Assembly: GCA_964409905.1 (NCBI GenBank) | Contig: CAYPET010000003.1 | Span: 43,613-107,612, forward strand | Origin: an uncultured Chitinophagaceae bacterium | Lineage (GTDB): Bacteria > Bacteroidota > Bacteroidia > Chitinophagales > Chitinophagaceae | Length of the DNA: 64,000 bases | Direction of reading: 5' to 3' | Shown here: positions 30,614 to 40,136 of the stretch, one piece after another | Layout: the number at the start of each line of letters is the position of its first letter | How positions within the stretch are numbered: position 1 is the first letter of the stretch | The notes under the pieces: generated by a model | Databases searched by the model: none | Seen by the model: only the letters and a program-made list of their open reading frames with translations | Told to the model about the DNA's origin: nothing | Position numbers and translations under genes: made by a program

Positions 30614-31768
30614 TTAATTTGCTATTGATTCTTTATAATTTTCTTCTACAAACTTGCTTACACTAAGTATAATGCCTATTGTTAAACATGTAAACCAAAC
30701 AGAAGACCCGCCCTTGCTTACCAAAGGAAGTGTCAATCCTGTGACTGGAAATAAATTGACATTTACAGCCATATTTACAAATGCTTGAAAAACCAATGAA
30801 AAACTTAGGCCGACTGCTAAGAAAGACCCGAAGGCATATGGACATTTTCTGAAAATGACAATGCTACGCCATAAAAAAAGCAGGTATAATAAGATCATGC
30901 CTAATCCGCCTAAAAGCAATCCATATTCTTCGATAATGATACTGTATATAAAATCTGAGTATGAGTGCGGTAGAAAATTTCGCTGAGTACTATTCCCTGG
31001 CCCTTTGCCAAACAAACCTCCTTTGGCAATCGCTATTTTTGCCTGGGTTACTTGATAACTTTCTTCTGTATCTGCTCCGCTAAAAGATGACAATCTATTT
31101 TTCCAAGTAGTGGCCCGCTCTGAAAATAAAAATGCTGTGGCTACGACAATTACCAATACACCAATTAATCCAAAAATATACTTCCACTGTATTCGACCAA
31201 TAAAAAACATGATGCCGCAGCAAACTCCGATTACCAATGCTGTTGAAAGATTGGCCATCGCTATTAAAAAACAAACAATCCCCACAGGAATAAACACTTT
31301 CCATAACACTTGGCGCAAATCCCCTTGTACTTGCTGCATTTTTGACAACTGTGCCGCTAAAAACACAAACAAAGCAAGTTTTGCAAAATCTGAAGATTGA
31401 AATGTTACGTTGACAAACGGTATTGCCACCCAACGGGAGGCATTATTCAAGTTTACACCACCACTAAACAAAGTATACGCTAACAATAAAATTGATAACA
31501 GTAGGGCCAGCCTTGCGTACTTCTTGTACAATGTATAATTAATATTATGGGCCAAATACATGATGAATAGTCCAATCGCTACAATAAAAAATCGTTTAAT
31601 CAAATACACCTCTGCATGTCCACCCTTCATTCTATATGCCAATGAACCGGTACTGCTATAAATGGCTATCAAACTAATTAAGCATAATACTATTACTATG
31701 GCCCAGATAATCGTATCGCCTTTCGTACGTATCAAGCTTTTTGTATCAATGTTTTTTAACCAGTTCAT
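30614..31768 (-). CDS. ftsW: SEDS-family peptidoglycan polymerase/cell-division protein FtsW
   Basis: About 10 TM helices, SEDS motifs (LPHSYSDFIYSIIIEEYG, PLVSKGGSS), and position in the dcw cluster. Confidence 0.93.
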   Translation of the reverse strand: MNWLKNIDTKSLIRTKGDTIIWAIVIVLCLISLIAIYSSTGSLAYRMKGGHAEVYLIKRFFIVAIGLFIMYLAHNINYTLYKKYARLALLLSILLLAYTLFSGGVNLNNASRWVAIPFVNVTFQSSDFAKLALFVFLAAQLSKMQQVQGDLRQVLWKVFIPVGIVCFLIAMANLSTALVIGVCCGIMFFIGRIQWKYIFGLIGVLVIVVATAFLFSERATTWKNRLSSFSGADTEESYQVTQAKIAIAKGGLFGKGPGNSTQRNFLPHSYSDFIYSIIIEEYGLLLGGLGMILLYLLFLWRSIVIFRKCPYAFGSFLAVGLSFSLVFQAFVNMAVNVNLFPVTGLTLPLVSKGGSSVWFTCLTIGIILSVSKFVEENYKESIAN

Positions 31769-31776
31769 GTTTGAGA

Positions 31777-33117
31777 TTATAAATTCTTTACAGCCGTTTT
31801 AAATTGCTCTCCACGATCCTCATAATTTTTAAACAAATCAAAACTTGCACAAGCGGGAGAAAGCAAGACGCATTCTCCTTTTGATGCCAGTTCATAAGCA
31901 GCCGCAACGGCCTCCTCCATTGATGTTGTTTCTACAACCGGTAACATGGTTCGGAAGTATTCTTGTATTTTGGTAGTATCCGTACCTAGTGCCACGATAG
32001 CTTTTACTTTTTCTTGGACCAAATCAGCAATTTCGCTGTAATCATTGCCTTTGTCAACGCCACCCAAAATGAGCACGGTCTTTTTAGTCATGCTTTCCAA
32101 AGCATACCATACACTGTTAAGATTTGTTGCCTTGCTATCGTTAATAAACTCTACACCTCTAATGCTAACGACGGACTCCATTCGATGTTCTAGGGACTGG
32201 AAAGACTGTAGACTTTCGCGAATCTTATCAGCTCGCACCTCTGCCACCCGGGCCGAAATACAAGCTGCCATAGAGTTATACTGATTATGCTTTCCGTTTA
32301 GCGAAACATTATCATTAGATATTGTAATTCTTTCTCCGTTCTGTGAAAGCACGATTTCATTTTCGCTTATAAAAGCGCCTGATTTACTTGGTTGTTCTTG
32401 CATGGATATATATTGAATTTTAGGGTTTGTTGTTATGTATTTTAAATTATTGGTCAGGTTTTGATCGTCGAAATTTAGAATCAGCACATCTTCATTCGTT
32501 TGTGCGATACTGATATTGAATTTTGCTTTTATATAATTATCCATTTGATAATCATACCGATCCAAATGATCAGGAGTGATATTAAGGATTACACCCACAT
32601 CTGGTCTGAATGTTTTGACATCATCTAGCTGAAAACTGCTGATTTCCATCACATACCATGCAGTAGGCTTTTTAGCAATCTGGCGTGCAAAACTGTACCC
32701 AATGTTGCCCACCATTGAAACATCTAGCCCGGCATCTTTGAATAAATGATAGGTAAGTGTTGTAGTGGTTGTTTTGCCATTGGTACCCGTTATGGCAACA
32801 ATTTTGCTATTGCCTTTGTAACGAAACGCAAATTCAATTTCACTTATCACATCAATATTCTGGGTTCTTACCGCTATTATCACTGCAGCAGTTGATGGGA
32901 TGCCAGGACTTTTTATTATTTCTTTGGCAGATAATATAATTTCATGGGTATGTCCGCCTTCTTCAAAAGGGATGGATGCTTTCTCCAACTCAGCTTTATA
33001 CTGTGCAGGTATTATGCCACCGTCACTTACAAAGGTTCGAAGCCCTTGCTGATGCGCCAGCAAAGCAGCACCGGTGCCACTTTCTCCACTTCCTAATATG
33101 ACGATATCATAATTCAC
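31777..33117 (-). CDS. murD: UDP-N-acetylmuramoylalanine--D-glutamate ligase
   Basis: GSGESG and GTNGKTTT motifs. GTG start. Confidence 0.95.
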   Translation of the reverse strand: MNYDIVILGSGESGTGAALLAHQQGLRTFVSDGGIIPAQYKAELEKASIPFEEGGHTHEIILSAKEIIKSPGIPSTAAVIIAVRTQNIDVISEIEFAFRYKGNSKIVAITGTNGKTTTTTLTYHLFKDAGLDVSMVGNIGYSFARQIAKKPTAWYVMEISSFQLDDVKTFRPDVGVILNITPDHLDRYDYQMDNYIKAKFNISIAQTNEDVLILNFDDQNLTNNLKYITTNPKIQYISMQEQPSKSGAFISENEIVLSQNGERITISNDNVSLNGKHNQYNSMAACISARVAEVRADKIRESLQSFQSLEHRMESVVSIRGVEFINDSKATNLNSVWYALESMTKKTVLILGGVDKGNDYSEIADLVQEKVKAIVALGTDTTKIQEYFRTMLPVVETTSMEEAVAAAYELASKGECVLLSPACASFDLFKNYEDRGEQFKTAVKNL

Positions 33118-33121
33118 TTAT

Positions 33122-34390
33122 CTATTGCAGTTTAAGGGTTACTATACTTAATACGGCCAGTAGTATGCCTACTATCCAGAAGCGGGTTGAAATTTTACTT
33201 TCATGATATCCTAATTTTTGATAATGATGATGCAGTGGGGTCATTAAAAATACACGTCTGCCCTCACCATACTTTTTCTTGGTGTATTTGAAATAGCCCA
33301 CCTGAATCATTACGCTGAGATTTTCGACCAAGAAGATTCCACAAATAATTGGAATCAATAATTCTTTTCGAACTATAATAGCCAAGGATGCAATAATGCC
33401 TCCTAATGCCAAACTACCGGTATCGCCCATGAAGACTTGGGCCGGAAAGCTGTTGTACCATAAAAACCCAATACAGGCACCTACGAAGGCTGCAATAAAA
33501 ATGGTCAACTCGCCCAAATGCGGTATGTACATCACATTTAAATATTCGGAGAAATAAAAATTGCCTGATATGTAAGCAAATACACCTAAGCACAAACCCA
33601 TTATGGCACTACTGCCAGTGGCCAAACCATCAATACCATCGGTCAGGTTAGCACCATTGGATACGGCAATAATGATAAAGGTGACCACGAGAATATAAAT
33701 AATCGGTGTGAGATAATAAGCATTTTTTTCGCCTAAAAAAGATGAAAACTTAGCATAGCTTAACTCGTGATTTTTAGCAAAGGGTATAGTAGTAACGGCT
33801 GACCGAACCTGCATAAAGGTTGATGTTTTACCATTCTCAGTACGACTAAACTCGTTGCCCACCACTTTATCTTGCGAACTGTATATGGGTGATATGCCAC
33901 CTGTCGTTTCACGAACGATGCCTACGTTATCGTTAAAATACATGGTAGCCCCGATAATCAGACCCAAACCAAGCTGCCCCAAGATTTTAAACTTGCCGCT
34001 TAATCCATCTTTGTTTTGTCTGAATTTTTTTAAATAATCATCGATAAAGCCGATGAGACCCAGCCAAACTGTGCATAACAACATAAGGACGATGTATACG
34101 TTATTTATTCTGGTAAGCAATAAGGTAGGTACTAATATGGCCAATAGTATAATGATGCCACCCATGGTTGGCGTGCCAGCCTTTACTTTTTCGCCATCGA
34201 GGCCTAAATCTCGTATTTGCTCGCCAATCTGTTTCTTTCTTAAAATACGAATAATGCGCTTGCCATAAACTAAGGATATAAGCAATGAAAATATCAAGGC
34301 CAAGGCTACCCTAAACGATATGAACTGAAACACACCAGCGCCGGGCACATTAAAATGTAGTTTGAGATATTGAAACAAATAATACAGCAT
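33122..34390 (-). CDS. mraY: Phospho-N-acetylmuramoyl-pentapeptide transferase
   Basis: Polytopic membrane protein with [10 protein letters not shown] and [12 protein letters not shown] motifs. Confidence 0.97.
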   Translation of the reverse strand: MLYYLFQYLKLHFNVPGAGVFQFISFRVALALIFSLLISLVYGKRIIRILRKKQIGEQIRDLGLDGEKVKAGTPTMGGIIILLAILVPTLLLTRINNVYIVLMLLCTVWLGLIGFIDDYLKKFRQNKDGLSGKFKILGQLGLGLIIGATMYFNDNVGIVRETTGGISPIYSSQDKVVGNEFSRTENGKTSTFMQVRSAVTTIPFAKNHELSYAKFSSFLGEKNAYYLTPIIYILVVTFIIIAVSNGANLTDGIDGLATGSSAIMGLCLGVFAYISGNFYFSEYLNVMYIPHLGELTIFIAAFVGACIGFLWYNSFPAQVFMGDTGSLALGGIIASLAIIVRKELLIPIICGIFLVENLSVMIQVGYFKYTKKKYGEGRRVFLMTPLHHHYQKLGYHESKISTRFWIVGILLAVLSIVTLKLQ

Positions 34391-34391
34391 C

Positions 34392-35858
34392 TTATTTATC
34401 CATTAGTTTAAAACAATCCAACAATATTTTTTTATCATCAAAATCAATTCGTTGGCCATTAATTTCTTGATACTTCTCATGCCCTTTACCTGCCACAAGA
34501 ATAATATCACCCTGTTGTGCAAAACCGCAGGCTGTCTTTATTGCTTCTTTTCTATCCGTGATCTTTACATATTTCTTTTTGAGGGGAGCAGGCACACCAG
34601 CTTCCATTTGTATTAATATTTGCTCAGGATCTTCTGTGCGCGGATTATCAGAAGTGAATATTACTTTATCGGAATGTTCGCAAGCCACCAATGCCATTAA
34701 AGGTCTTTTTTCTTTATCACGATTCCCTCCACAACCTACAACAGAGTATAGCACTTCATTACCAGTACGCAGCTTGTTTATAGTAGCATAAATATTGATA
34801 AGCGCATCAGGAGTATGGGCATAGTCCACAATGCCCAAGATTTTTTCTTTATCCGATTGTACCGTTTCAAAGCGACCTGTTGCACCATTAAGCATACTCA
34901 GATGCTGTAAAATATCTACTTTTTCAAAACCAAGGCAACGACTAATGGCATATGCACTTAACAGATTATAGGCATTAAACTCACCAATTAATTTAAAGTG
35001 CACCTCTTCATTATCGATTGACAATACAAGTCCGGTAAGATTATTCTCGAGCACCTTGGCTCTGTAATCGGCAATTGTTTTGAGGCTTATTGTTTTCTTT
35101 TTCGCCTGTGTATTTTGCAACATTACACCTCCACGCTTATCATCTATATTGGTAATAGCATAAGCACTCGCCGGCAAGTCATCAAAGAATTTCTTTTTGG
35201 CGGCGATATAAGCATCAAAAGTTTTATGATAATCCAGGTGATCATGGGTAATATTAGTAAATAAGGCTACGGCAAAAAGTGCTCCTGCAATCCGTTCCTG
35301 ATGAACAGCATGAGAACTAACCTCCATAAATACATAATCACAACCTGCTTGAACCATTTCTGCTAATAGTTTTTGTAGCTCAATAGCATTAGGTGTGGTA
35401 TGTGTACTTGGAACGGCATTGCCGGCAATAAAATTTTCAATAGTTGAAATTTGACCGGCTTTAAGGCCCATGGAAGTGAACAAGGAATAGAGTAAGTGAA
35501 CACAGGTGCTTTTACCGTTGGTACCTGTAACTCCAACAAGTTTAAGTTTTGCACTTGGGTTGTCGTAAAAAGCTGCTGCCAACTGGCCGCAGGCTTTGGC
35601 ACTGTCTTTACATTGTATATAAGTAACAGATGGATGAAAAGTAGCAGGCAACACCTCGCAGGCGATAGCCGCAGCTCCTTGAACTATGGCATTCTCAATA
35701 AATTGATGCCCATCAGCTTCGTATCCTTTGATGGCAACAAACAAATCACCTTTATTACACAAACGTGAATCCAACTGAATGCCCGAAATGGTAACATTAT
35801 CCTCACCATGAATAGTTAAGATATCAGTCTGATGTAATATGTTTTTTAAGGTTACCAC
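34392..35858 (-). CDS. murE: UDP-MurNAc-L-Ala-D-Glu--2,6-diaminopimelate (or L-Lys) ligase
   Basis: [10 protein letters not shown] and DNPR motifs. GTG start; overlaps the ftsI stop by 1 nt. Confidence 0.95.
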   Translation of the reverse strand: MVTLKNILHQTDILTIHGEDNVTISGIQLDSRLCNKGDLFVAIKGYEADGHQFIENAIVQGAAAIACEVLPATFHPSVTYIQCKDSAKACGQLAAAFYDNPSAKLKLVGVTGTNGKSTCVHLLYSLFTSMGLKAGQISTIENFIAGNAVPSTHTTPNAIELQKLLAEMVQAGCDYVFMEVSSHAVHQERIAGALFAVALFTNITHDHLDYHKTFDAYIAAKKKFFDDLPASAYAITNIDDKRGGVMLQNTQAKKKTISLKTIADYRAKVLENNLTGLVLSIDNEEVHFKLIGEFNAYNLLSAYAISRCLGFEKVDILQHLSMLNGATGRFETVQSDKEKILGIVDYAHTPDALINIYATINKLRTGNEVLYSVVGCGGNRDKEKRPLMALVACEHSDKVIFTSDNPRTEDPEQILIQMEAGVPAPLKKKYVKITDRKEAIKTACGFAQQGDIILVAGKGHEKYQEINGQRIDFDDKKILLDCFKLMDK

Positions 35859-37945
35859 TAACTTAAATGAATTGTAATTAATTGTCCTGTTTGTATATCT
35901 GTGCCGGGTGCCAAACTTTGCGAGCCCACCTTCCCTTTGCCTACTGGTATTACACGAAGTCCTCTACTTTCTAATATTGTCATGGCATTTCGCAAGCCCA
36001 TGCCCATCACGTTGGGTACTTGTTTTTCAGAAAAATGGACCGCCTCAGTTTCCCATTTTTTATCACTTGATGCTTTCGCAGATTTCAACCAACCAGCATT
36101 GGCCTTATTGTTTGTTTGCATACCTAAGGCAGATGCTATCGTTGTAAACTGCTGCGCATGAATTTTTTTCAGTTCGGGTGTCTGATGCATAGAGTCAGTA
36201 TTTACATAAGACTGTGGTGTTTTAACATGCGTGGCATACAAGCGATTGGCAACTTCTTGAAAAACAGGCAAAGCCAACAACCCACCATAATAATTTCGCG
36301 AGTTTTTACTCGTACGCACCACCACGGCAATGGTAAACTGCGGATTTTCTTTAGGAAAGAATCCAATAAAAGAAGCATGATAGACCCTGTCAGAATACCG
36401 TATACCTTCGTCAAATACACGAGCAGTGCCTGTTTTGCCACATATTTTATAGTACGGATTTTGAAGTTTTTTACCCGTTCCACGATCAACAACTGCATAC
36501 ATAGCCTCTTTAATATCTTCAACTGCGTTTTGACTAACAGCTTTATCATTCAGCACTACTGGTTCAAAATGTTGTATGGTTTTACCATACTCCTTTATCT
36601 CTTTTACCAAATATGGCTTCATCAATTTTCCATTATTAGCTATTGCGTTATACACCATGGCCAAATGCATTGGCGTCAATTTTAAACCATAGCCATACCC
36701 CATCGAACCAATGAGATACTCCTCACTATAAATACGCTTCTCATTTAAAACTGTCTTGCTTTCTCCTTTTATTTCGATACCGGTAGGTTTATCAAGATGA
36801 AGTTTTTTTAGATTATTTATATAGGCAACCTTATTATCACGGTAATGCTCGTAGATCATTTTAAAAAATCCAATATTAGAGGATTGCGCCAGTGCATCTG
36901 CTACTGACACCTCACCTACAGGGTGACTATCAGTTACTTTTCGGGTACCAATGCGATATGCCCCATTTCCGCAGTTAACTGATTGTTGAATGGATAATTT
37001 TTTATCATTGAGCAAAGAAATGAGCGAAATAACTTTACAAGTCGAACCCGGCTCTATCCCCATTAAGGCATAATTTTTGTCTTCATAATAGCTTCCATCT
37101 TCTTGGCGACCCAAATTTGCGAGTGCTTTAATCTTGCCAGTTTTAGTTTCCATGACGATACATGTTCCAAATGAAGCTTCATCAAGCTGTAACTGTTTCA
37201 TTAAGGCATTTTCAGCAACATCCTGAATATTCATATCCAGGGTAGTGATAATATCCTTACCATTAACTGGTTCAATTTCCGAACCATCAACTGGCATGTA
37301 AGTGCCACCGGCAATTTTGCGCACTATCCGCTTACCCTCTTTGCCTTTCAAACTTTCATTAAAAGCTTCCTCTATGCCCACATTTTGTGCGTTTTGCCTA
37401 TAAATGCCTACTGTACGATTTGCAAGAATACCAAAGGGATTCATGCGCTTGATGCGCGCTTCTGCAATGAATCCACCTTTGTTTGCACCCTTATTAAAAG
37501 GAACCAACTCTTTTATATCAAGATACTGCGAGTAGCTAACTTTTCGTGCTAAGAGGTAATACTGATTGCCTTTCTCTTGTTGCTTTTTCAACTCGTAGTT
37601 ATAATCTGCGGCGGTTTTGTCACGATCATACAGTATTTGAGCAAGACTGATAGATAAGGCATTTATGTATTTATTAAATGTATCCTTAGGTATGGCTACC
37701 AGGTCTAATCGTATGTCAAACTCTGGTATTGAAGATGACAGCAAACTACCATCTTCTGTATAAATATTACCACGCTCAGGTTGCAGCACCTCTAAGTCGG
37801 TGTATAAACTATCGGCATACGAACGAAGCTCTGGACCATCTTTAAAAATAATGAGCGCTCCTTTAGCTAATATGACCATGGCAAATAAGCACATGCCCAC
37901 AAAACATAAATAAACCCGCAATCGAATTACTTTATCGGCACTCAT
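35858..37945 (-). CDS. ftsI: Class B penicillin-binding protein (division transpeptidase FtsI/PBP3-like)
   Basis: N-terminal TM anchor, STxK (PGSTCK), SSN (QSSN) and KTG (GKTGTA) motifs, and a C-terminal PASTA-like segment. Confidence 0.9.
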   Translation of the reverse strand: MSADKVIRLRVYLCFVGMCLFAMVILAKGALIIFKDGPELRSYADSLYTDLEVLQPERGNIYTEDGSLLSSSIPEFDIRLDLVAIPKDTFNKYINALSISLAQILYDRDKTAADYNYELKKQQEKGNQYYLLARKVSYSQYLDIKELVPFNKGANKGGFIAEARIKRMNPFGILANRTVGIYRQNAQNVGIEEAFNESLKGKEGKRIVRKIAGGTYMPVDGSEIEPVNGKDIITTLDMNIQDVAENALMKQLQLDEASFGTCIVMETKTGKIKALANLGRQEDGSYYEDKNYALMGIEPGSTCKVISLISLLNDKKLSIQQSVNCGNGAYRIGTRKVTDSHPVGEVSVADALAQSSNIGFFKMIYEHYRDNKVAYINNLKKLHLDKPTGIEIKGESKTVLNEKRIYSEEYLIGSMGYGYGLKLTPMHLAMVYNAIANNGKLMKPYLVKEIKEYGKTIQHFEPVVLNDKAVSQNAVEDIKEAMYAVVDRGTGKKLQNPYYKICGKTGTARVFDEGIRYSDRVYHASFIGFFPKENPQFTIAVVVRTSKNSRNYYGGLLALPVFQEVANRLYATHVKTPQSYVNTDSMHQTPELKKIHAQQFTTIASALGMQTNNKANAGWLKSAKASSDKKWETEAVHFSEKQVPNVMGMGLRNAMTILESRGLRVIPVGKGKVGSQSLAPGTDIQTGQLITIHLS

Positions 37946-38280
37946 TTAGTGGGTGTTTTTTTGGGTTGAACTTCTATTTTACTCGGCGGTGAACTTAATA
38001 CATCCAAACCTTGATGCATGGCCTGCTTAGCCAACTCACTTTCTTTTGTCATGTACATGAGTTGGGACTTCTGATCAATATAGTACCAGCGCAACTGTTT
38101 TAATTCTGTACTTTTTTGATTTAAATCACGAATCGTATTTTCCGTAAAGTGAACTACAAATATGTTTAAAATAAAAAACGACATAAGAACAACAATGAGC
38201 GGTATGTTTTTTACCAACCCCTGTATTCCCCAGTCTTCAAGCTTTTTTTGCCAGCCCGTTTTGTTTTTTGTTCTATTCAT
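37942..38280 (-). CDS. FtsL-like small bitopic cell-division protein
   Basis: 112 aa, one TM helix followed by a coiled-coil-like segment, located between rsmH and ftsI. Confidence 0.65.
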   Translation of the reverse strand: MNRTKNKTGWQKKLEDWGIQGLVKNIPLIVVLMSFFILNIFVVHFTENTIRDLNQKSTELKQLRWYYIDQKSQLMYMTKESELAKQAMHQGLDVLSSPPSKIEVQPKKTPTK

Positions 38281-38281
38281 A

Positions 38282-39229
38282 CTAACTAATTCTTTCGGCG
38301 TAACGAATTTTTGCGCTACGCGATCTGTTATTTTCTCTGAGTTCTATGGTCCCTGGTTTGATAGGTTTTAGTATTTTCAATCGAAAACCATCTTTTTGAT
38401 TGTCGATTTTTCTGCCCAACAATTGTTCTTCAGCAGTAAGCGTCTCGGTTGTAAACTCTTTAAACACCTCCTTTACCACCTGATCTTCCAATGAGTGAAA
38501 TGTGATGATTACCACCCGTCCACCAATTGCCAGTTGAGGAATGACACCTTTTAGTAAAGCTCGAATTGCACCTAGCTCATCATTCACTTCAATTCGTATT
38601 GACTGAAAAACCTTTGCCAAATAAGTATTTACTTTCCCTCGCACAATGGGCATTACCGTCTGCACCAATTGCTGTGTGGTTCTAATTGGCGAGTGTATCC
38701 GCGCTTGCACAATCACTTTGGCCAATGTTTTTGCATTGGTTACCTGACCATATTGTTCAAAGAGCTTTTGAAGCCGCTCTTCATCATATTTGTTAATTAC
38801 ATCAGCCGCTGTAAAAGGCTGTCGAGTATCCATGCGCATATCCAACTCGCCATCGAAGCGAATTGAAAACCCACGATCGGCGGTATCAAACTGATAGGAA
38901 CTTACTCCTAAGTCTGCCAGCACACCATGTAAGGGAACGCAGGCATATAAACGTGCAAACCTGGCTGCATATTTAAAGTTTTCACCAACGAAAATCAATT
39001 TTTCGTTCTCGGGTATATTCCGGCTTGCATCTTTATCCTGATCAAATGCGATTAACTTTCCTGTGTCTAATCGCTTTAATATTTCGGCACTATGACCGCC
39101 GCCGCCAAAGGTGGCGTCGAGGTAGTTACCTTGAGGATTGATGTTTAATGCGTCAATACACTCTTGTAAAAGAACAGATTTATGATAATTGCTCGTCTTC
39201 GCATCATAATTCTTCTTGTGTTCTTTCAT
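38282..39229 (-). CDS. rsmH: 16S rRNA (cytosine1402-N4)-methyltransferase
   Basis: HKSVLLQE, DATFGGGGHS and DLGVSSYQ motifs. Confidence 0.96.
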   Translation of the reverse strand: MKEHKKNYDAKTSNYHKSVLLQECIDALNINPQGNYLDATFGGGGHSAEILKRLDTGKLIAFDQDKDASRNIPENEKLIFVGENFKYAARFARLYACVPLHGVLADLGVSSYQFDTADRGFSIRFDGELDMRMDTRQPFTAADVINKYDEERLQKLFEQYGQVTNAKTLAKVIVQARIHSPIRTTQQLVQTVMPIVRGKVNTYLAKVFQSIRIEVNDELGAIRALLKGVIPQLAIGGRVVIITFHSLEDQVVKEVFKEFTTETLTAEEQLLGRKIDNQKDGFRLKILKPIKPGTIELRENNRSRSAKIRYAERIS

Positions 39230-39251
39230 TCATCTTTTAACTAATGCTCAT

Positions 39252-39728
39252 CTATTTATCTAAAGAATCCAACGGATTCAAAAAATCACCCCCTAATACT
39301 TCACTGGCCAAGGCGTTTAAGTCTTCAGCACTAAAGCTTGTCACTTCTTTATAGGTATCTGCCGCCCATATTTCCACTTTATTCATCTGCGCAGAAAAAA
39401 CGATGTCTTTTTTCATTCCCGCGTGCTCTAACATTTGCTTGGGCAATAAAATCCGACCAGCAGTATCTGGACTAAGCCTTGTAGCACCGCTCAAAAACAT
39501 TCTGCGCAGCGCTCGCCCTTTCGGATTGTAATCATTGATTTGGCTAAACTTATTCTCGACCAACTTCCACTGAGGAAGCGTATAAAGCGTCAAGCATTTT
39601 TCGAAACCTCTATTTAATACAAACTCTCCATCCTCTCCGGCATCAAGTTGTTTCTTGTAGCCTGACGGGAGCTTCAAACGCCCTTTGGCGTCAAGTGATA
39701 ATTCGTATTCTCCTAATAGGCCTTGCAT
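39252..39728 (-). CDS. mraZ: Transcriptional regulator MraZ
   Basis: Two DxxxR-type repeats (LDAKGRLKLP and PDTAGRILLP). The ATG at 39728 gives the canonical GEYE N-terminus. Confidence 0.93.
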   Translation of the reverse strand: MQGLLGEYELSLDAKGRLKLPSGYKKQLDAGEDGEFVLNRGFEKCLTLYTLPQWKLVENKFSQINDYNPKGRALRRMFLSGATRLSPDTAGRILLPKQMLEHAGMKKDIVFSAQMNKVEIWAADTYKEVTSFSAEDLNALASEVLGGDFLNPLDSLDK

Positions 39729-39926
39729 GTGTTCCGTTGGTACCTTTTCTCCCACAAAGTAACACATTTTCCCACTTTTTTACCTAATTTTTACATATTC
39801 TTCTTTTCCACAAATACAAAAGTGGCTCAAAGCATTGTCAATATTAGGTTTTAAGCCATGAAGGATTCCCATTTTTTACAAACAACTGTATAACCTGTGA
39901 ATGTTCTGTGCACATTGGCCATTTAA

Positions 39927-39997
39927 CTGTGAATAGACGTTTGTATATGTTAGTATGAGTATAGATTAACTGTAAAAGCTGTGATATTGACGTTTGT
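39927..39997. repeat. Imperfect direct repeat pair in the mraZ/recG divergent control region
   Basis: CTGTGAATAGACGTTTGT (39927..39944) and CTGTGATATTGACGTTTGT (39979..39997), 52 bp apart. Further CTGT(G/A) boxes lie at 39886, 39895, 39906 and 39970. Confidence 0.3.
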
Positions 39998-40136
39998 TTC
40001 CTGCTAAATACTAATCATTAAAATGTAAACCGTTTGACCATTGTGAACGCCAATCCTTCACATGAATATTGTTTAATACATACTTCTTGGCAGCAATCGA
40101 AGGTTTTATCTCTACCCATTTTACTATTTTTGATTC

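Noticed and set aside
36158-36685. 175-aa plus-strand ORF antisense to ftsI.
   Set aside because: It is a shadow ORF with no family resemblance and lies wholly inside the PBP gene.
28170-39728. Absence of murF and ddl from the dcw cluster.
   Set aside because: As far as I know this gene order is lineage-typical for Bacteroidota, where murF and ddl are encoded elsewhere. It is not evidence of a deletion or a novelty.
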